A DNA stretch of 64,000 nucleotides from an uncultured Gemmataceae bacterium (lineage in GTDB: Bacteria > Planctomycetota > Planctomycetia > Gemmatales > Gemmataceae). The notes under the pieces were generated by a model, which did not search any database, had not been told where the DNA came from, and saw only the letters and a program-made list of their open reading frames with translations. Made by a program: the position numbers and the translations under genes. Location: contig CAVVPN010000012.1 of the NCBI GenBank assembly GCA_963750165.1, positions 928,001 to 992,000 of the forward strand, given 5' to 3'. Positions 48,281 through 58,164 of the stretch are shown here, piece by piece. Numbering within the stretch: position 1 is the stretch's first letter; every line of letters starts with the position of its first letter.

Positions 48281-49501
48281 ATGGTGACCTTGCCGATCTA
48301 CCTGGACAACAACGCCACGACACTCTGCGATCCGCGCGTCGTCGAGGCGCTGTTGCCCTATTTCGGTGAGGAGTACGGCAACGCCGCCAGCCGGCACCAC
48401 ATCTTCGGCCAGCGCGCCGAGGCGGCGGTGGAGCGGGGCCGCGAACAGGTGGCACAACTGATCGGCGCCGCGGCGAAGGAGATCGTCTTCACCAGCGGCG
48501 CCACCGAGGCGAACAACCTGGCCCTCAAGGGCGCGACCGCGATGCTGCGGCGGCAGGGCAACCACCTGGTCACGACGCAGACCGAGCACAAGGCGGTCCT
48601 GGACGTGTGCAAGCGGTTGCAGCGCGACGGCTGCGCGGTGACGTATCTGCCGGTCGATGGCCACGGCCGCGTCAGTGCTGAGCAGGTCGCCGCGGCGCTG
48701 ACGGAGCGCACTGTCCTGGTCAGCGTCATGGCGGCGAATAACGAAATCGGCACACTGCAACCAATCGCGGCGATTGGCCGGCTGTGCAAGGAGCGCGGCG
48801 TACTGTTGCACTGCGACGCGGCGCAGGCCGCCGGCAAGGTGCCGCTGGACGTGGAGGCGCTGGGCGTCGATCTGCTGAGCGTCAGCGCTCACAAGCTGTA
48901 CGGTCCCAAGGGTGTCGGGGCGCTGTACGTGCGCCGCCGCAATCCCCATGTACGTCTGGAACCGCTGCTCGACGGCGGCGGCCACGAGCGCGGCATGCGC
49001 AGTGGTACGCTGCCGGTGCCGTTGATCGTCGGCCTTGGCATGGCCTGCGATTTGTGTGGTGAAGAACTGCCCACGGAGGCCGAACGGCTGACGCGGTTGC
49101 GCGAGCGGCTGCGGCAGGGCATCCAGAGCCAGGTGACGGAGACGCGCCTGAACGGCCACCCAACGGAGCGGCTGCCGAACAACCTCAACCTGAGCTTCGC
49201 CCACGTCCACGGTGAGGCGCTGCTGATGGGGCTGCAGGACGTGGCGGTCAGTTCCGGCTCGGCGTGCACGTCGGCGAACGTGGAGCCGAGCTATGTGCTA
49301 CGGGCCATCGGACTGGACGACGAGCTGGCGCACGCCAGCCTGCGCTTCGGCCTGGGGCGGTTCACGACGGAGGAGGAAGTCGATTACACCGTGACGGCCG
49401 TGGCGCGCGTGGTGGCGCGGCTGCGGGCGCTCAGTCCGAGTTACGCGCTCGCCCAGAGGGATAAGGTTGCGATCACCGGCCCGGCGTGCGGGCCGCCTTG
49501 A
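48281..49501 (+). CDS. iscS: Cysteine desulfurase
   Basis: [35 protein letters not shown]. Confidence 0.95.
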   Translation: MVTLPIYLDNNATTLCDPRVVEALLPYFGEEYGNAASRHHIFGQRAEAAVERGREQVAQLIGAAAKEIVFTSGATEANNLALKGATAMLRRQGNHLVTTQTEHKAVLDVCKRLQRDGCAVTYLPVDGHGRVSAEQVAAALTERTVLVSVMAANNEIGTLQPIAAIGRLCKERGVLLHCDAAQAAGKVPLDVEALGVDLLSVSAHKLYGPKGVGALYVRRRNPHVRLEPLLDGGGHERGMRSGTLPVPLIVGLGMACDLCGEELPTEAERLTRLRERLRQGIQSQVTETRLNGHPTERLPNNLNLSFAHVHGEALLMGLQDVAVSSGSACTSANVEPSYVLRAIGLDDELAHASLRFGLGRFTTEEEVDYTVTAVARVVARLRALSPSYALAQRDKVAITGPACGPP

Positions 49502-49536
49502 GGTCGCGGTAACATCGCCCACAGGAGAGGTTTGAC

Positions 49537-50016
49537 ATGAGCATTGTGGTTACGGAAAAGGCCGCCAAGGCGGTCAAGCGGATCATCAACGAACAGCAGC
49601 AAGCAAGTCTGACGCCGGAACTGGTGCCGGTCTTTCAGGAAGTGCTGGCCCAGAATGGCGGCCGGCCGCCGGTGCTGAACGAACTGGCCGAGAAGGCTGG
49701 CGTCAGCGTCGAGGAGCTGAATCAGAAGCTGGGCCAGAACGCCGCGGCGTTCGGCAAGATTCACCTGCGCATGCGTGTGGTCGGCGGCGGTTGCAGCGGC
49801 TTCAAGCACAAGCTGGACCTGGACCCTGTCGTCAACGACAAGCTCGACGAGGTGTTCGAGATGCACGGTGTGCCGGTCGTCATCGACAAGCGCAGCATGA
49901 TGTACCTGGAGGGCGTGACAGTCGATTACCACGACGACATGAACCAGCCGGGTTTCAGCATCCAGAACCCCAGCGCCAAAGGCACCTGCGGCTGCGGCAG
50001 TTCGTTCTCGATGTGA
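49537..50016 (+). CDS. iscA: A-type Fe-S carrier (HesB/IscA) with internal insertion
   Basis: GGGCSG and CGCGSSF; about 50 extra residues after the first helix. Confidence 0.88.
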   Translation: MSIVVTEKAAKAVKRIINEQQQASLTPELVPVFQEVLAQNGGRPPVLNELAEKAGVSVEELNQKLGQNAAAFGKIHLRMRVVGGGCSGFKHKLDLDPVVNDKLDEVFEMHGVPVVIDKRSMMYLEGVTVDYHDDMNQPGFSIQNPSAKGTCGCGSSFSM

Positions 50017-50025
50017 GCGCTCTTT

Positions 50026-50057
50026 CTCCCCTCGCCCCCTGAAGGGGGCGAGGGGAG
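50026..50057. terminator. Hairpin between convergent iscA and glnA
   Basis: ctcccctcgcccc-ctgaag-ggggcgaggggag; terminator or REP-like. Confidence 0.55.
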
Positions 50058-50064
50058 TCAAGCT

Positions 50065-51477
50065 CTAAATGTCGTAGTACAGCATGAACTCATAGGGGTG
50101 GGGCCGCAGGCGGATGGCGTCCACCTCCTTCTCGCGCTTGTACCAGATCCAGGTGCTAATCACGTCGGGCGTGAACACGTCGCCCTGCAGCAAGAACTCG
50201 TGGTCCTTTTCCAGCGCCGCCAGCGCTTCTTCCAGCGAACCGGGCGTCTTCGGCACCTTCGCCAGTTCCTCCGGTTCCAGGTCGTAAATGTCCTTGTCGA
50301 GCGGTTCGCCCGGCTTCATCTTGCCCTTGATGCCGTCCAGCATCGCCATGAGCATCGCCGAGAACGCCAGGTACGGATTGCTGGAGCCGTCCGGACAGCG
50401 GAACTCCAGCCGCTTGGCCTTGGGGCTCGGCGAGTACACCGGGATGCGAAGCGCCGCGGAGCGGTTGCGGCGGCTGTACGCCAGGTTCACCGGCGCCTCG
50501 TAGCCCGGCACCATGCGCTTGTAACTGTTCGTCGTCGGGTTGGTGATGGCGCACAGCGCGGGAGCGTGCCGCAGCAAACCGCCGATGGCGTACATGGCCA
50601 TGTCCGACAGTCCCGCGTAACCGCTGCCAGCGTACAGGTTGACGCCGTTCTTCCACAGCGACGTGTGGACGTGCATGCCGCTGCCGTTGTCCATGAAGAT
50701 CGGCTTGGGCATGAACGTGGCAGTCTTGCCGTGCCGCCGGGCCACGTTCTTGACGACATACTTGTACTTGAGCACGTTGTCGGCCATCTCCACCAGCGGC
50801 GCGAAACGCATGTCGATCTCGCCCTGGCCGCCGGTCGCCACCTCGTGGTGCTGCGCCTCGACCTTCAGGCCGCACTCGATCATCGTCAACATCATCTCGC
50901 TGCGCAGGTCGTGCAGGGCGTCGGCCGGCGGCACCGGGAAGTAGCCCTCCTTGTAGCGCAGCTTGTAACCGAGGTTCGGCCGTTCGTCGCGGCCGGTGTT
51001 CCACGCCCCCTCCACGCTGTCGAGGTAGTAGTAGCCGGAGTGCTGGTTCTGGTCGAAGCGCACGTCGTCGAAGACGAAGAACTCCAGCTCCGGCCCGAAG
51101 TAGGCGGTGTCGGCGATGCCGGTGGACTTCATGTAGTTGACGGCCTTGCGAGCGACGTTGCGCGGGTCGCGCGAGTAATCCTCCTTGGTCAGCGGGTCCT
51201 GGATGTTGCAGACCATCGTCAGCGTCACGTCCTTGCAGAACGGATCGAGGAAGGCCGTCTCCGGCACCGGGATGACGAGCATGTCCGACTCGTTGATGGC
51301 GACCCAGCCACGAATGCTGGAGCCGTCGAAACCGAGGCCCTCTTCAAAGGTGTGCTCGGTCAGGGTGTCGGCGGGGATGGTGAAGTGCTGCCAGAGGCCG
51401 GGGAAGTCCATGAAGCGGAGATCAACCGCTTTGACTTCTTTCTCGCGGATCAGTGCCAGGATTTCTCGAGGTGTCAC
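50065..51477 (-). CDS. glnA: Glutamine synthetase type I
   Basis: FDGSSI, HHEVA, TFMPKP, NGSGMH, PGYEAP, DKDIYDL. Confidence 0.97.
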   Translation of the reverse strand: MTPREILALIREKEVKAVDLRFMDFPGLWQHFTIPADTLTEHTFEEGLGFDGSSIRGWVAINESDMLVIPVPETAFLDPFCKDVTLTMVCNIQDPLTKEDYSRDPRNVARKAVNYMKSTGIADTAYFGPELEFFVFDDVRFDQNQHSGYYYLDSVEGAWNTGRDERPNLGYKLRYKEGYFPVPPADALHDLRSEMMLTMIECGLKVEAQHHEVATGGQGEIDMRFAPLVEMADNVLKYKYVVKNVARRHGKTATFMPKPIFMDNGSGMHVHTSLWKNGVNLYAGSGYAGLSDMAMYAIGGLLRHAPALCAITNPTTNSYKRMVPGYEAPVNLAYSRRNRSAALRIPVYSPSPKAKRLEFRCPDGSSNPYLAFSAMLMAMLDGIKGKMKPGEPLDKDIYDLEPEELAKVPKTPGSLEEALAALEKDHEFLLQGDVFTPDVISTWIWYKREKEVDAIRLRPHPYEFMLYYDI

Positions 51478-51498
51478 GGCCGATGGCCTTTCTTGATC

Positions 51499-51525
51499 GT
51501 GGCACAGGCGGGACGCCTGTGCCAC
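51499..51525. repeat. Single REP-like hairpin
   Basis: gtggcacaggcg-gga-cgcctgtgccac. Confidence 0.75.
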
Positions 51526-51531
51526 GGGGGA

Positions 51532-53300
51532 TCACTTCCGCATGTCCTGCAACCCCAGCGCCAGCCCGGCGTGCAGGAACGGCCGCAACCGCTCCTCGGT
51601 GCCCTCCAGCACTTCGCGCACAACACCCGACTGCCCCAGCCGGGCGTTGTGCCGGGCCAGCGCCTCCAGCGCCTGCGCGTAGGCCAGCGAGTCCTTGTCC
51701 GTGACCTCCTCGGCCGCGGACATCGGCTCCTGACTTTTGGACGACGCCAGGCGGGCCAGCAGGATTTCCAGTTGCGCCGCGCCTTCGTGGTTTTGTCCGG
51801 CAGCTGGGCGAGCATTTCCTTGGCCTCGGTGGTCTTGCCGGCCTGGGCCAGCAGGCGGCTCAGTTGCAGCAGATCCCACGCGGGGACGGTGACGCCGGCC
51901 TTGCGGGCCTTGGCGGCCTGCTCCCGGGCGAACACCAGCAACGGCCCCGCGACCTCCGCTTTCTCGGCCTGGAGCGCGACCGCCGCGACGCCCAGCGCCG
52001 CCTGCAAGCACTCCAGCGGCGGCCCCGCGGCCTTCGCCACGTCCTCGGCCTTGCTGAAATCGCCGCCGCGGGCGTAGCCCTCCGCGTACCCCTGCCGCGC
52101 GATTGGGTCGGCAGTATTCTTGTCGGGCGGGGCGGCGATGGCCTTCGCGTCCTCCGAGTGGTCCTTCAGCAAGAAGGCGATTTTTTGCGCCGACAGCGGT
52201 GTCTTCGCAGCCTTCTGTGCCGCCGTCTCGCCGCCGTCCGGGGGGGCCGCCTTCGTGTTGATGACGTTGACCACCTGCACGGCCAGAACCTGCGCCAGTT
52301 CCGGTTTGCCGGCCTTGATGAGTTTCCCGCCCACCTCGCGCAGGCCGGTCTGCAGCGCCTCCGGCGACCGGATCGCCAGCAGCACTTCGCCCAGCTCCTT
52401 CTGCACCTTCTTCCAGTGCAGTTTGACCTTGTCGAGGTCCTCCTCGTCGGTGCCGCCCAGGTCCACCCAGGTCAGGGCCAGATCGATCAGAAAGGCGTCG
52501 CGTTCCAGTTGCTGCGCGGCCGAGTCCTTGGTGGCGGCGAACGGCGCCTGCGCCGCCTTGCGGAAGGATTCCTGTGCCTTGTCCGCCTGACGTGTCCGCG
52601 TGTAGTACTCGCCCGCGGCCCGGTAGATCGCCGCGGACGGCAGCGGCGGCAGTTTCGCCTCCAGGGCCTTCTTCAGTTCGTCCTCCTGCTGGTTGTTCGT
52701 CAGGTAGTTGCTGAGGACGATCCAGCCGACGACCACCGCCGCCAGTCCCACGACCGCCAGGAGACCGCGGCGGACCCAGACCCGAACCGGCACCGGCTCC
52801 TTCTGTTCAGGCGGCAGGGCGCCCGCTTCCTCCAGCGCCCCCAGACTGACGCCGCCCTTCTCGTTGCTGCTCATGACGCCTTCGAGCTTCTCGTCGCGCA
52901 TGCGGGCGACGGCGGGGCCGCCCTTGACCTCGCGCCAGTTCTTGGGCCGATGGTCCTTGGGGATGGGCACCTTGACGATGCGCTTGCAGTGCGGACACGG
53001 CTCCTGTTTGCCGGCCAACTCGATGTTGAAGTGCAGTGCCTCGTCGCACCAGGAGCAGGTGAAGTCGATGGTTGTGGCGGCGGCTTCTTCCTCGGCCTGC
53101 TTGGCGGCGGGGTCTTCGAACAGGGCGGCCGCGGCGAGGGCCTCCACGTCTTCGGGCGGCGGCCCGGCGGGGGCGGCGGTCGGCACCGGGATGACCAGCG
53201 GCTTCTTGCACACCGGGCACGCCACGCGCTTGCCGGCCAGGTGCGGCTTGACGCTCAACGTCTTCTTGCAGCCCTCGCAGCGGACCTTGATCGGCACCAT
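51532..53300 (-). CDS. Double zinc-ribbon, single-TM helical protein, frameshift near 51778
   Basis: Four CxxC motifs, TM segment, helical repeats; C-terminus in ORF 51532-52011. Confidence 0.7.
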
Positions 53301-53367
53301 CGCTCATTCCTCTCCCCGCGGTTGCGGGGTCATTCGTTAGTGCAATCGCAAGGGACTTGGTACAATC

Positions 53368-53426
53368 GTGGGACGGCTCTCCAGAGCCGTCTTTGCCGAA
53401 GAGACGGCTCTGGAGAGCCGTCCCAC
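53368..53426. repeat. REPIN-like inverted pair, GGACGGCTCTCCAGAGCCGTC family
   Basis: gtgggacggctctccagagccgtc...gacggctctggagagccgtcccac. Confidence 0.9.
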
Positions 53427-53451
53427 GAACAGCAAGCCCCTTGCCGCTGCA

Positions 53452-54594
53452 TCAGGGTTGCAGCACGGGCAGCCGCAGACGGCCGGCGGCCAGCTCCGGT
53501 GTGCGACCCTTCTCCGCCTCTTCCTTTTCCCAGGCGTCAATCTCTTCGAGCAGGGCGTCCACCATTTCGCTCTCCTGCACATGGCGGACGATCTCGCCGC
53601 GCTTGAAGATGACGCCCTTGCCCTTGCCGGCGGCGATGCCCAGGTCCGCCTCGCGCGCCTCGCCGGGACCGTTGACCACGCAGCCGAGCACGCTCACTTT
53701 AATGGCGGTCGTGCGCCCTTCGAGGCGCTTCTCCAGCTGGGCGATGATGCCTTCCAGGTCGATCTCCAACCGGCCGCAGGTCGGGCAGGCGATCAACTCC
53801 GGTTTGCGCACGCGCCGCCGCGTCGCTTGCAAAATGTCGAAGGCGGCGGCGATCTCCGGCACCGGGTCGCCGAGCAGGCTGATGCGGATGGTGTCGCCGA
53901 TGCCGTCGAGGAGGATCGGCGCCAGGCCGCACGCCGACTTGGTGACCGCGTAGGGCGCCTTGCCCGCCTCGGTGATGCCGATGTGCGTCGGGTAGTTCGC
54001 CTGCTTCGCGTACAGCCGATACGCCTCCACGGCGGTAATCACGTCGCTGGACTTCAGCGATACGATCAGATCGTGGTAGCCCTCGGACTCGGCGATCTCG
54101 ATGTAGCGCAGGGCGCTGTCCACCATCGCCGGCGGGCACGGGAAGCCATATTTCATGGCGAATTCCCGCTCCAGGCTGCCGGCGTTGACGCCGATGCGCA
54201 TGGGGATGCCCCTGGCCTTGGCCTTGCGCAACACCTGGCGGAAGCGGTCCATGCCGCCGATGTTGCCGGGGTTGATGCGGATCTTGTCGATCGGATGGTC
54301 GAGGGCGGCCAGGGCCATCTTGTAGTCGAAGTGGATGTCGCAGATGAGCGGGATGCGGATGCGTTTCTTGATCTCGCCGAGGACCGCCGCGTCCTGCGGT
54401 TTGGGCACCGTGACGCGGACGATCTCGCAGCCGGCTTCTTCAAGGCGGTGGATTTCCTTGACGGTGGCTTCGAGGTCGTAGGTGTCGGGCGTGGTCATCG
54501 ACTGCACCCAGATGGGGTTGTCGCCGCCGACGATCAGATTGCCGACGCGAACTTCGCGCGTCTTGTGCCGGTGGAACGTGTGCTGGTAGGTCAT
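53452..54594 (-). CDS. ispG: HMBPP synthase (MEP pathway)
   Basis: VQSMT, DIHF, RINPGN, RIGVNAGSL, CPTCGR, GCVVNGPGE. Confidence 0.97.
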   Translation of the reverse strand: MTYQHTFHRHKTREVRVGNLIVGGDNPIWVQSMTTPDTYDLEATVKEIHRLEEAGCEIVRVTVPKPQDAAVLGEIKKRIRIPLICDIHFDYKMALAALDHPIDKIRINPGNIGGMDRFRQVLRKAKARGIPMRIGVNAGSLEREFAMKYGFPCPPAMVDSALRYIEIAESEGYHDLIVSLKSSDVITAVEAYRLYAKQANYPTHIGITEAGKAPYAVTKSACGLAPILLDGIGDTIRISLLGDPVPEIAAAFDILQATRRRVRKPELIACPTCGRLEIDLEGIIAQLEKRLEGRTTAIKVSVLGCVVNGPGEAREADLGIAAGKGKGVIFKRGEIVRHVQESEMVDALLEEIDAWEKEEAEKGRTPELAAGRLRLPVLQP

Positions 54595-54712
54595 CGCGTC
54601 CTCGGGAACTTCCGTGATGAAGGGAAACCGGTTCGGGACCGTCCTTGGAACCGTACTTTCTGGGTGCGCGCAACGGATCAGGTGTTATCCTAGTTTGCCG
54701 ACTGGCACGGCG

Positions 54713-54862
54713 TCAAGGCGTCAGGCCGTGGCCGCGGAGGCGCTGCAACTCCGCCTCCAGTTGCACAATGCGGGCTTCGAGTCGCTTGCGTGCTGACATT
54801 TCGATGACGCGATGACCGTAAGGGTGCGGGGCTGCCTCGCTCGACGGGTCCGTGGGTGTCAT
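54713..54862 (-). CDS. 49-aa mini-protein resembling the fused termini of the adjacent Uma2 gene
   Basis: PHPYGHR vs DPFRYGWR; LEAELQRLRG vs VEAELRRLRG; GGAGAG RBS. Confidence 0.5.
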   Translation of the reverse strand: MTPTDPSSEAAPHPYGHRVIEMSARKRLEARIVQLEAELQRLRGHGLTP

Positions 54863-54884
54863 GGCTCTCCTTCGCAAAGGGGTT

Positions 54885-55904
54885 CTATTGAGGAGACTCG
54901 CCACGCAGGCGGCGCAGCTCCGCTTCTACTTCACGGAGGCGCTGTTCGGCCGCCTGCCGAGCCTGCGCCTCCGCTTGCCGCGCTGCGGTCTCTGCGCGGG
55001 CGCGTTCCTCGGCAGCCTCCTGGGCCGCGGCCGCGGCGCGAGCGTGCTCCTCAGCTTCTTGCCTTGCAGTGGCCTCGGCCCGGGCGCGGTCCTCGGCCTC
55101 CTGCCGCGACCGCGCTTCCGCGTGGGCGCGGTCCTCGGCCTTCTGCCGCGACCGCGCTTCCGCGTGGGCGCGGTCCTCAGCCGCTTCCCGGCCGCGCTTC
55201 TCCACGGAATAGCTGCCGCTCAGTTCCTCGCCGGTGATCTCGTCGTAACAATACACCCGGTTGTCGCGCATCCCCAGGAACAGACCGAGTTCCGGCACCA
55301 GCACACGGCCATTCTGGTTCAGCGGGACCGGTTCGTAGCGATCGGGGGTGTGGCGGAAGGCCAGCAACTGCCGCGGCCCGCCGTCGCGCTGCTGATCGAC
55401 GATCACGTACAACGGCACACCAGCCACATAATACTCGGCGTACTTCCGCACCACGTCGTTGTAACGCGTGGCCGGGGACACTACCTCGATGGCCACCACG
55501 CAGCGCCCGCCGAAGTCTTGCAACCGATAGAGCCCGAACTGCGCGGGTAGCGGCGTGCGAACGTCCGCGAATACTGCCACATCCGGGGCAGTGTCGCCCT
55601 GGAGCGGAACGTTCCAGTCCACCAGACAATTCGCCAGCAACTTGCCGTTCGCCAGCCGCCCGAGGCGGTCCTGGAACACCTCGGCCAGGTAGCGACACTC
55701 GATGGAATGCAGATCGTCTTCAGAAATGTGATCGCTCTCCTCAGGGTGCAACGCGTCTTCCAGAGTCAGCGGCACCTGCACCAGGGCTTCGCTGCCATCC
55801 GGCAACTGCCGCTTGACGAAGCGCCAGCCGTAGCGGAAGGGGTCCTCCTTGGCCGGGGGCGTCTCGGCGGGGACCGGCGAAGGTGGAATCAGGCCCGTGC
55901 TCAT
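54885..55904 (-). CDS. Uma2-family endonuclease-like protein
   Basis: APDVAVF, IEVVSP, YYVAGVPLYVIVD; 42-bp coiled-coil repeats. Confidence 0.88.
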   Translation of the reverse strand: MSTGLIPPSPVPAETPPAKEDPFRYGWRFVKRQLPDGSEALVQVPLTLEDALHPEESDHISEDDLHSIECRYLAEVFQDRLGRLANGKLLANCLVDWNVPLQGDTAPDVAVFADVRTPLPAQFGLYRLQDFGGRCVVAIEVVSPATRYNDVVRKYAEYYVAGVPLYVIVDQQRDGGPRQLLAFRHTPDRYEPVPLNQNGRVLVPELGLFLGMRDNRVYCYDEITGEELSGSYSVEKRGREAAEDRAHAEARSRQKAEDRAHAEARSRQEAEDRARAEATARQEAEEHARAAAAAQEAAEERARAETAARQAEAQARQAAEQRLREVEAELRRLRGESPQ

Positions 55905-56043
55905 GGTAGATTCTCCTGTAGGGAGGACGTTGGGCGTTCTCACCCGGCATCTTACCCGAACGGCGCCGCACCGAACCAGCCCTGCATGGGGCGAAAACCC
56001 GCGGCGCGGCGAACCAACCAACCCCGGCGCTCGTCATACCAAC

Positions 56044-57240
56044 ATGGACAACCACCTGCAGCAGTTCACCGCGGAGCACCGATACCTGCTCGACCAGGCC
56101 GCCCAGCGGGCCGGCTTCAGCGATCCGGTCGCGGTCGTGCTCAACCAGTTCAACGACCCGCTGCTCAAGGCGGCGCGCAAGGGCGAACTGCTGCCCGTGG
56201 ACGGCGTGCTCGTCCGCGACTGGGCGCCGGAATACCATCGGCCGCACACCGGCATCCAGCTCGGCATGCGTCTCTACGAGGTGCAGGGCGTCCGCTTCGT
56301 CCAGGTCCAGGTCCACTACAGCGAACAGGTCACGTACTGGGCCTTCAACTTCACCGTCGTGGACCGCAAGGACTACCGCAAGCTGTACCGCATCGCGCGG
56401 AAGCAGCTGGAGCAGACGCAGCCGCCCAGTGTGCCGCCGGTGCTGCCGCCGGGGCAGTACGATGTGCTCGCCAAGAACACCATCGGCTATCTGGAAACGG
56501 GCAATCTGGAGCGCATCAAGGCGTACGGCGGCCGGGCCAAGCGCGGCGTGCTGCTGACGGGGGCGCCCGGCAACGGCAAGACGATGGCCTGTCGCTGGAT
56601 CTGGGAGCAGTGCCGGCGGCGCCGCTGGGAATGGCGGCTGGTCACGCCCGAGGCGTACCGCCAGGCGCGCTGCAGCGGCAACGCCGTCGAGGCGGTGCGC
56701 GGCCTGTTCACGGTGCAGCGCCGCGGTGTCGTCTTCTTCGATGACATGGACATCGCCCTGCGCGACCGCGAGACTGTCGGCGAGAGCGAGGACCAGGCCG
56801 TCTTCCTCAGCGCCATGGACGGCATCACGGTCAACGAGGGCGTCGTGTTTCTGTTCACGACCAACTGCTCGCTGGACCTGATCGACCGTGCGTTCAAGCG
56901 GCCGGGCCGGCTCGACGTGCTGCTGCACTTCAAGCCGCCGGACGCCGCCCTGCGCCGCGAATTGATGGGCCGCTGGCACGAGGACATTCGCGCTGGCATC
57001 GACCTGGAGCGAGCGGTGGCCTCCACGGACGGCTACAGTTTCGCGGAGGTCGAGGAGCTGAAGAACCTGCTGGTGATGCACTTCATCGACAGCGGCACCT
57101 GGGACTGGGGCTGGGCGCTGCACCAGTTCGACATCAACCGCAGCGAGCTGACGAAGCGGCACAGGAGGGCGCTCGGCTTCGGCCAGGACCTGGCCGCGGC
57201 CGGCAACGGTCATGACGCGGACCTCGACGAGCTGGAGTAG
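56044..57240 (+). CDS. AAA+ ATPase
   Basis: GAPGNGKT, VVFFDDMD, TTN, RPGRLD. Confidence 0.88.
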   Translation: MDNHLQQFTAEHRYLLDQAAQRAGFSDPVAVVLNQFNDPLLKAARKGELLPVDGVLVRDWAPEYHRPHTGIQLGMRLYEVQGVRFVQVQVHYSEQVTYWAFNFTVVDRKDYRKLYRIARKQLEQTQPPSVPPVLPPGQYDVLAKNTIGYLETGNLERIKAYGGRAKRGVLLTGAPGNGKTMACRWIWEQCRRRRWEWRLVTPEAYRQARCSGNAVEAVRGLFTVQRRGVVFFDDMDIALRDRETVGESEDQAVFLSAMDGITVNEGVVFLFTTNCSLDLIDRAFKRPGRLDVLLHFKPPDAALRRELMGRWHEDIRAGIDLERAVASTDGYSFAEVEELKNLLVMHFIDSGTWDWGWALHQFDINRSELTKRHRRALGFGQDLAAAGNGHDADLDELE

Positions 57241-57254
57241 CGCCCGGCTCGCCC

Positions 57255-57956
57255 TCAACCCGTCGCCAGCAGGTCCGCCAGCGCCCGCACCCGGTCTTCC
57301 GCAATCGCCCCGTCGCGCTCCCCCGCCGCGCAGGCGGCGCCGCGCACCGCGAACCAGTCCGGCCGCAGCGGCAGCAGCGCCTCAATCTCCGCCGGCCCAA
57401 GCGATCCCGCCAGCGCCAGCCGCACCCCTGCCTCGCGACAGTGCCGCCGCAGTCGGCCAACCTCGTGCAGCGACAAATGATCCAGCAGCGTCCGCCGCGG
57501 CGCTTTCTGCCAGGTGTCGATCAGCAACACGCCACCGGGCGTCTGTCGCGCGAACGCCAGCACTTCCTCAACCGACGGCGCCGCCGCCGACCGCCAGTCC
57601 GCATAGGCCACCGCTACCGCCGTGCAGCCCGGCCATGCGGCCGCCCGGCGCCGCAGCAACGTCTGCCAACCGGCTGCCGCCCCGGCCAGGCCCCACTTCA
57701 CGAACGCCAGCCCCAGACCATCAATGTCTGCCCCCGCCGCCTCGGCCAACTCGCCCAGCGCAGCGCTGACCGGCCGCCGGCCGCCGACCACGGCCACAAC
57801 CGCGGCAATGGCGTCGGCGTCTGCCCGGCCCAGGGCGCCGCGCCGCGGTTCCTTCACGTCGATCACGTCCGCCCCGCCGCGCAGCGCCGCCACCGCCTCC
57901 GCCGCGCCGCGGACGCTGACCAGCAGTCCCAGATTTCGCCCCGCCAACTCCACCAT
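57255..57956 (-). CDS. mfnB: (5-formylfuran-3-yl)methyl phosphate synthase
   Basis: LLVSV, GGADVIDVKEP-x2-GALG, IDTWQK, LAGSL, VRGAAC. Confidence 0.88.
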   Translation of the reverse strand: MVELAGRNLGLLVSVRGAAEAVAALRGGADVIDVKEPRRGALGRADADAIAAVVAVVGGRRPVSAALGELAEAAGADIDGLGLAFVKWGLAGAAAGWQTLLRRRAAAWPGCTAVAVAYADWRSAAAPSVEEVLAFARQTPGGVLLIDTWQKAPRRTLLDHLSLHEVGRLRRHCREAGVRLALAGSLGPAEIEALLPLRPDWFAVRGAACAAGERDGAIAEDRVRALADLLATG

Positions 57957-58164
57957 GAGCTATGCTACCATCAAGCGTTTCAGGTGCGGGCCGAAACAGT
58001 AGAGACTCCGAGCCGCGTTTGCGCCGGGGTGCAAACCGGCCGGCCCAGTTGCGGCGGCCCGCCTCCGGAGCTAAGGTTGAGCCGGGCGGACGTTTTCAGG
58101 TGTCACGGCAGACGATTTCTGCCGCTCGCGGACCGACCAGCATTCCCAGCCGGGAACCAAGCAG

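Noticed and set aside
57255..57956. mfnB as a sign of methanogenesis or recent archaeal transfer
   Set aside because: Methanopterin/methanofuran-linked C1 genes are an established planctomycete feature
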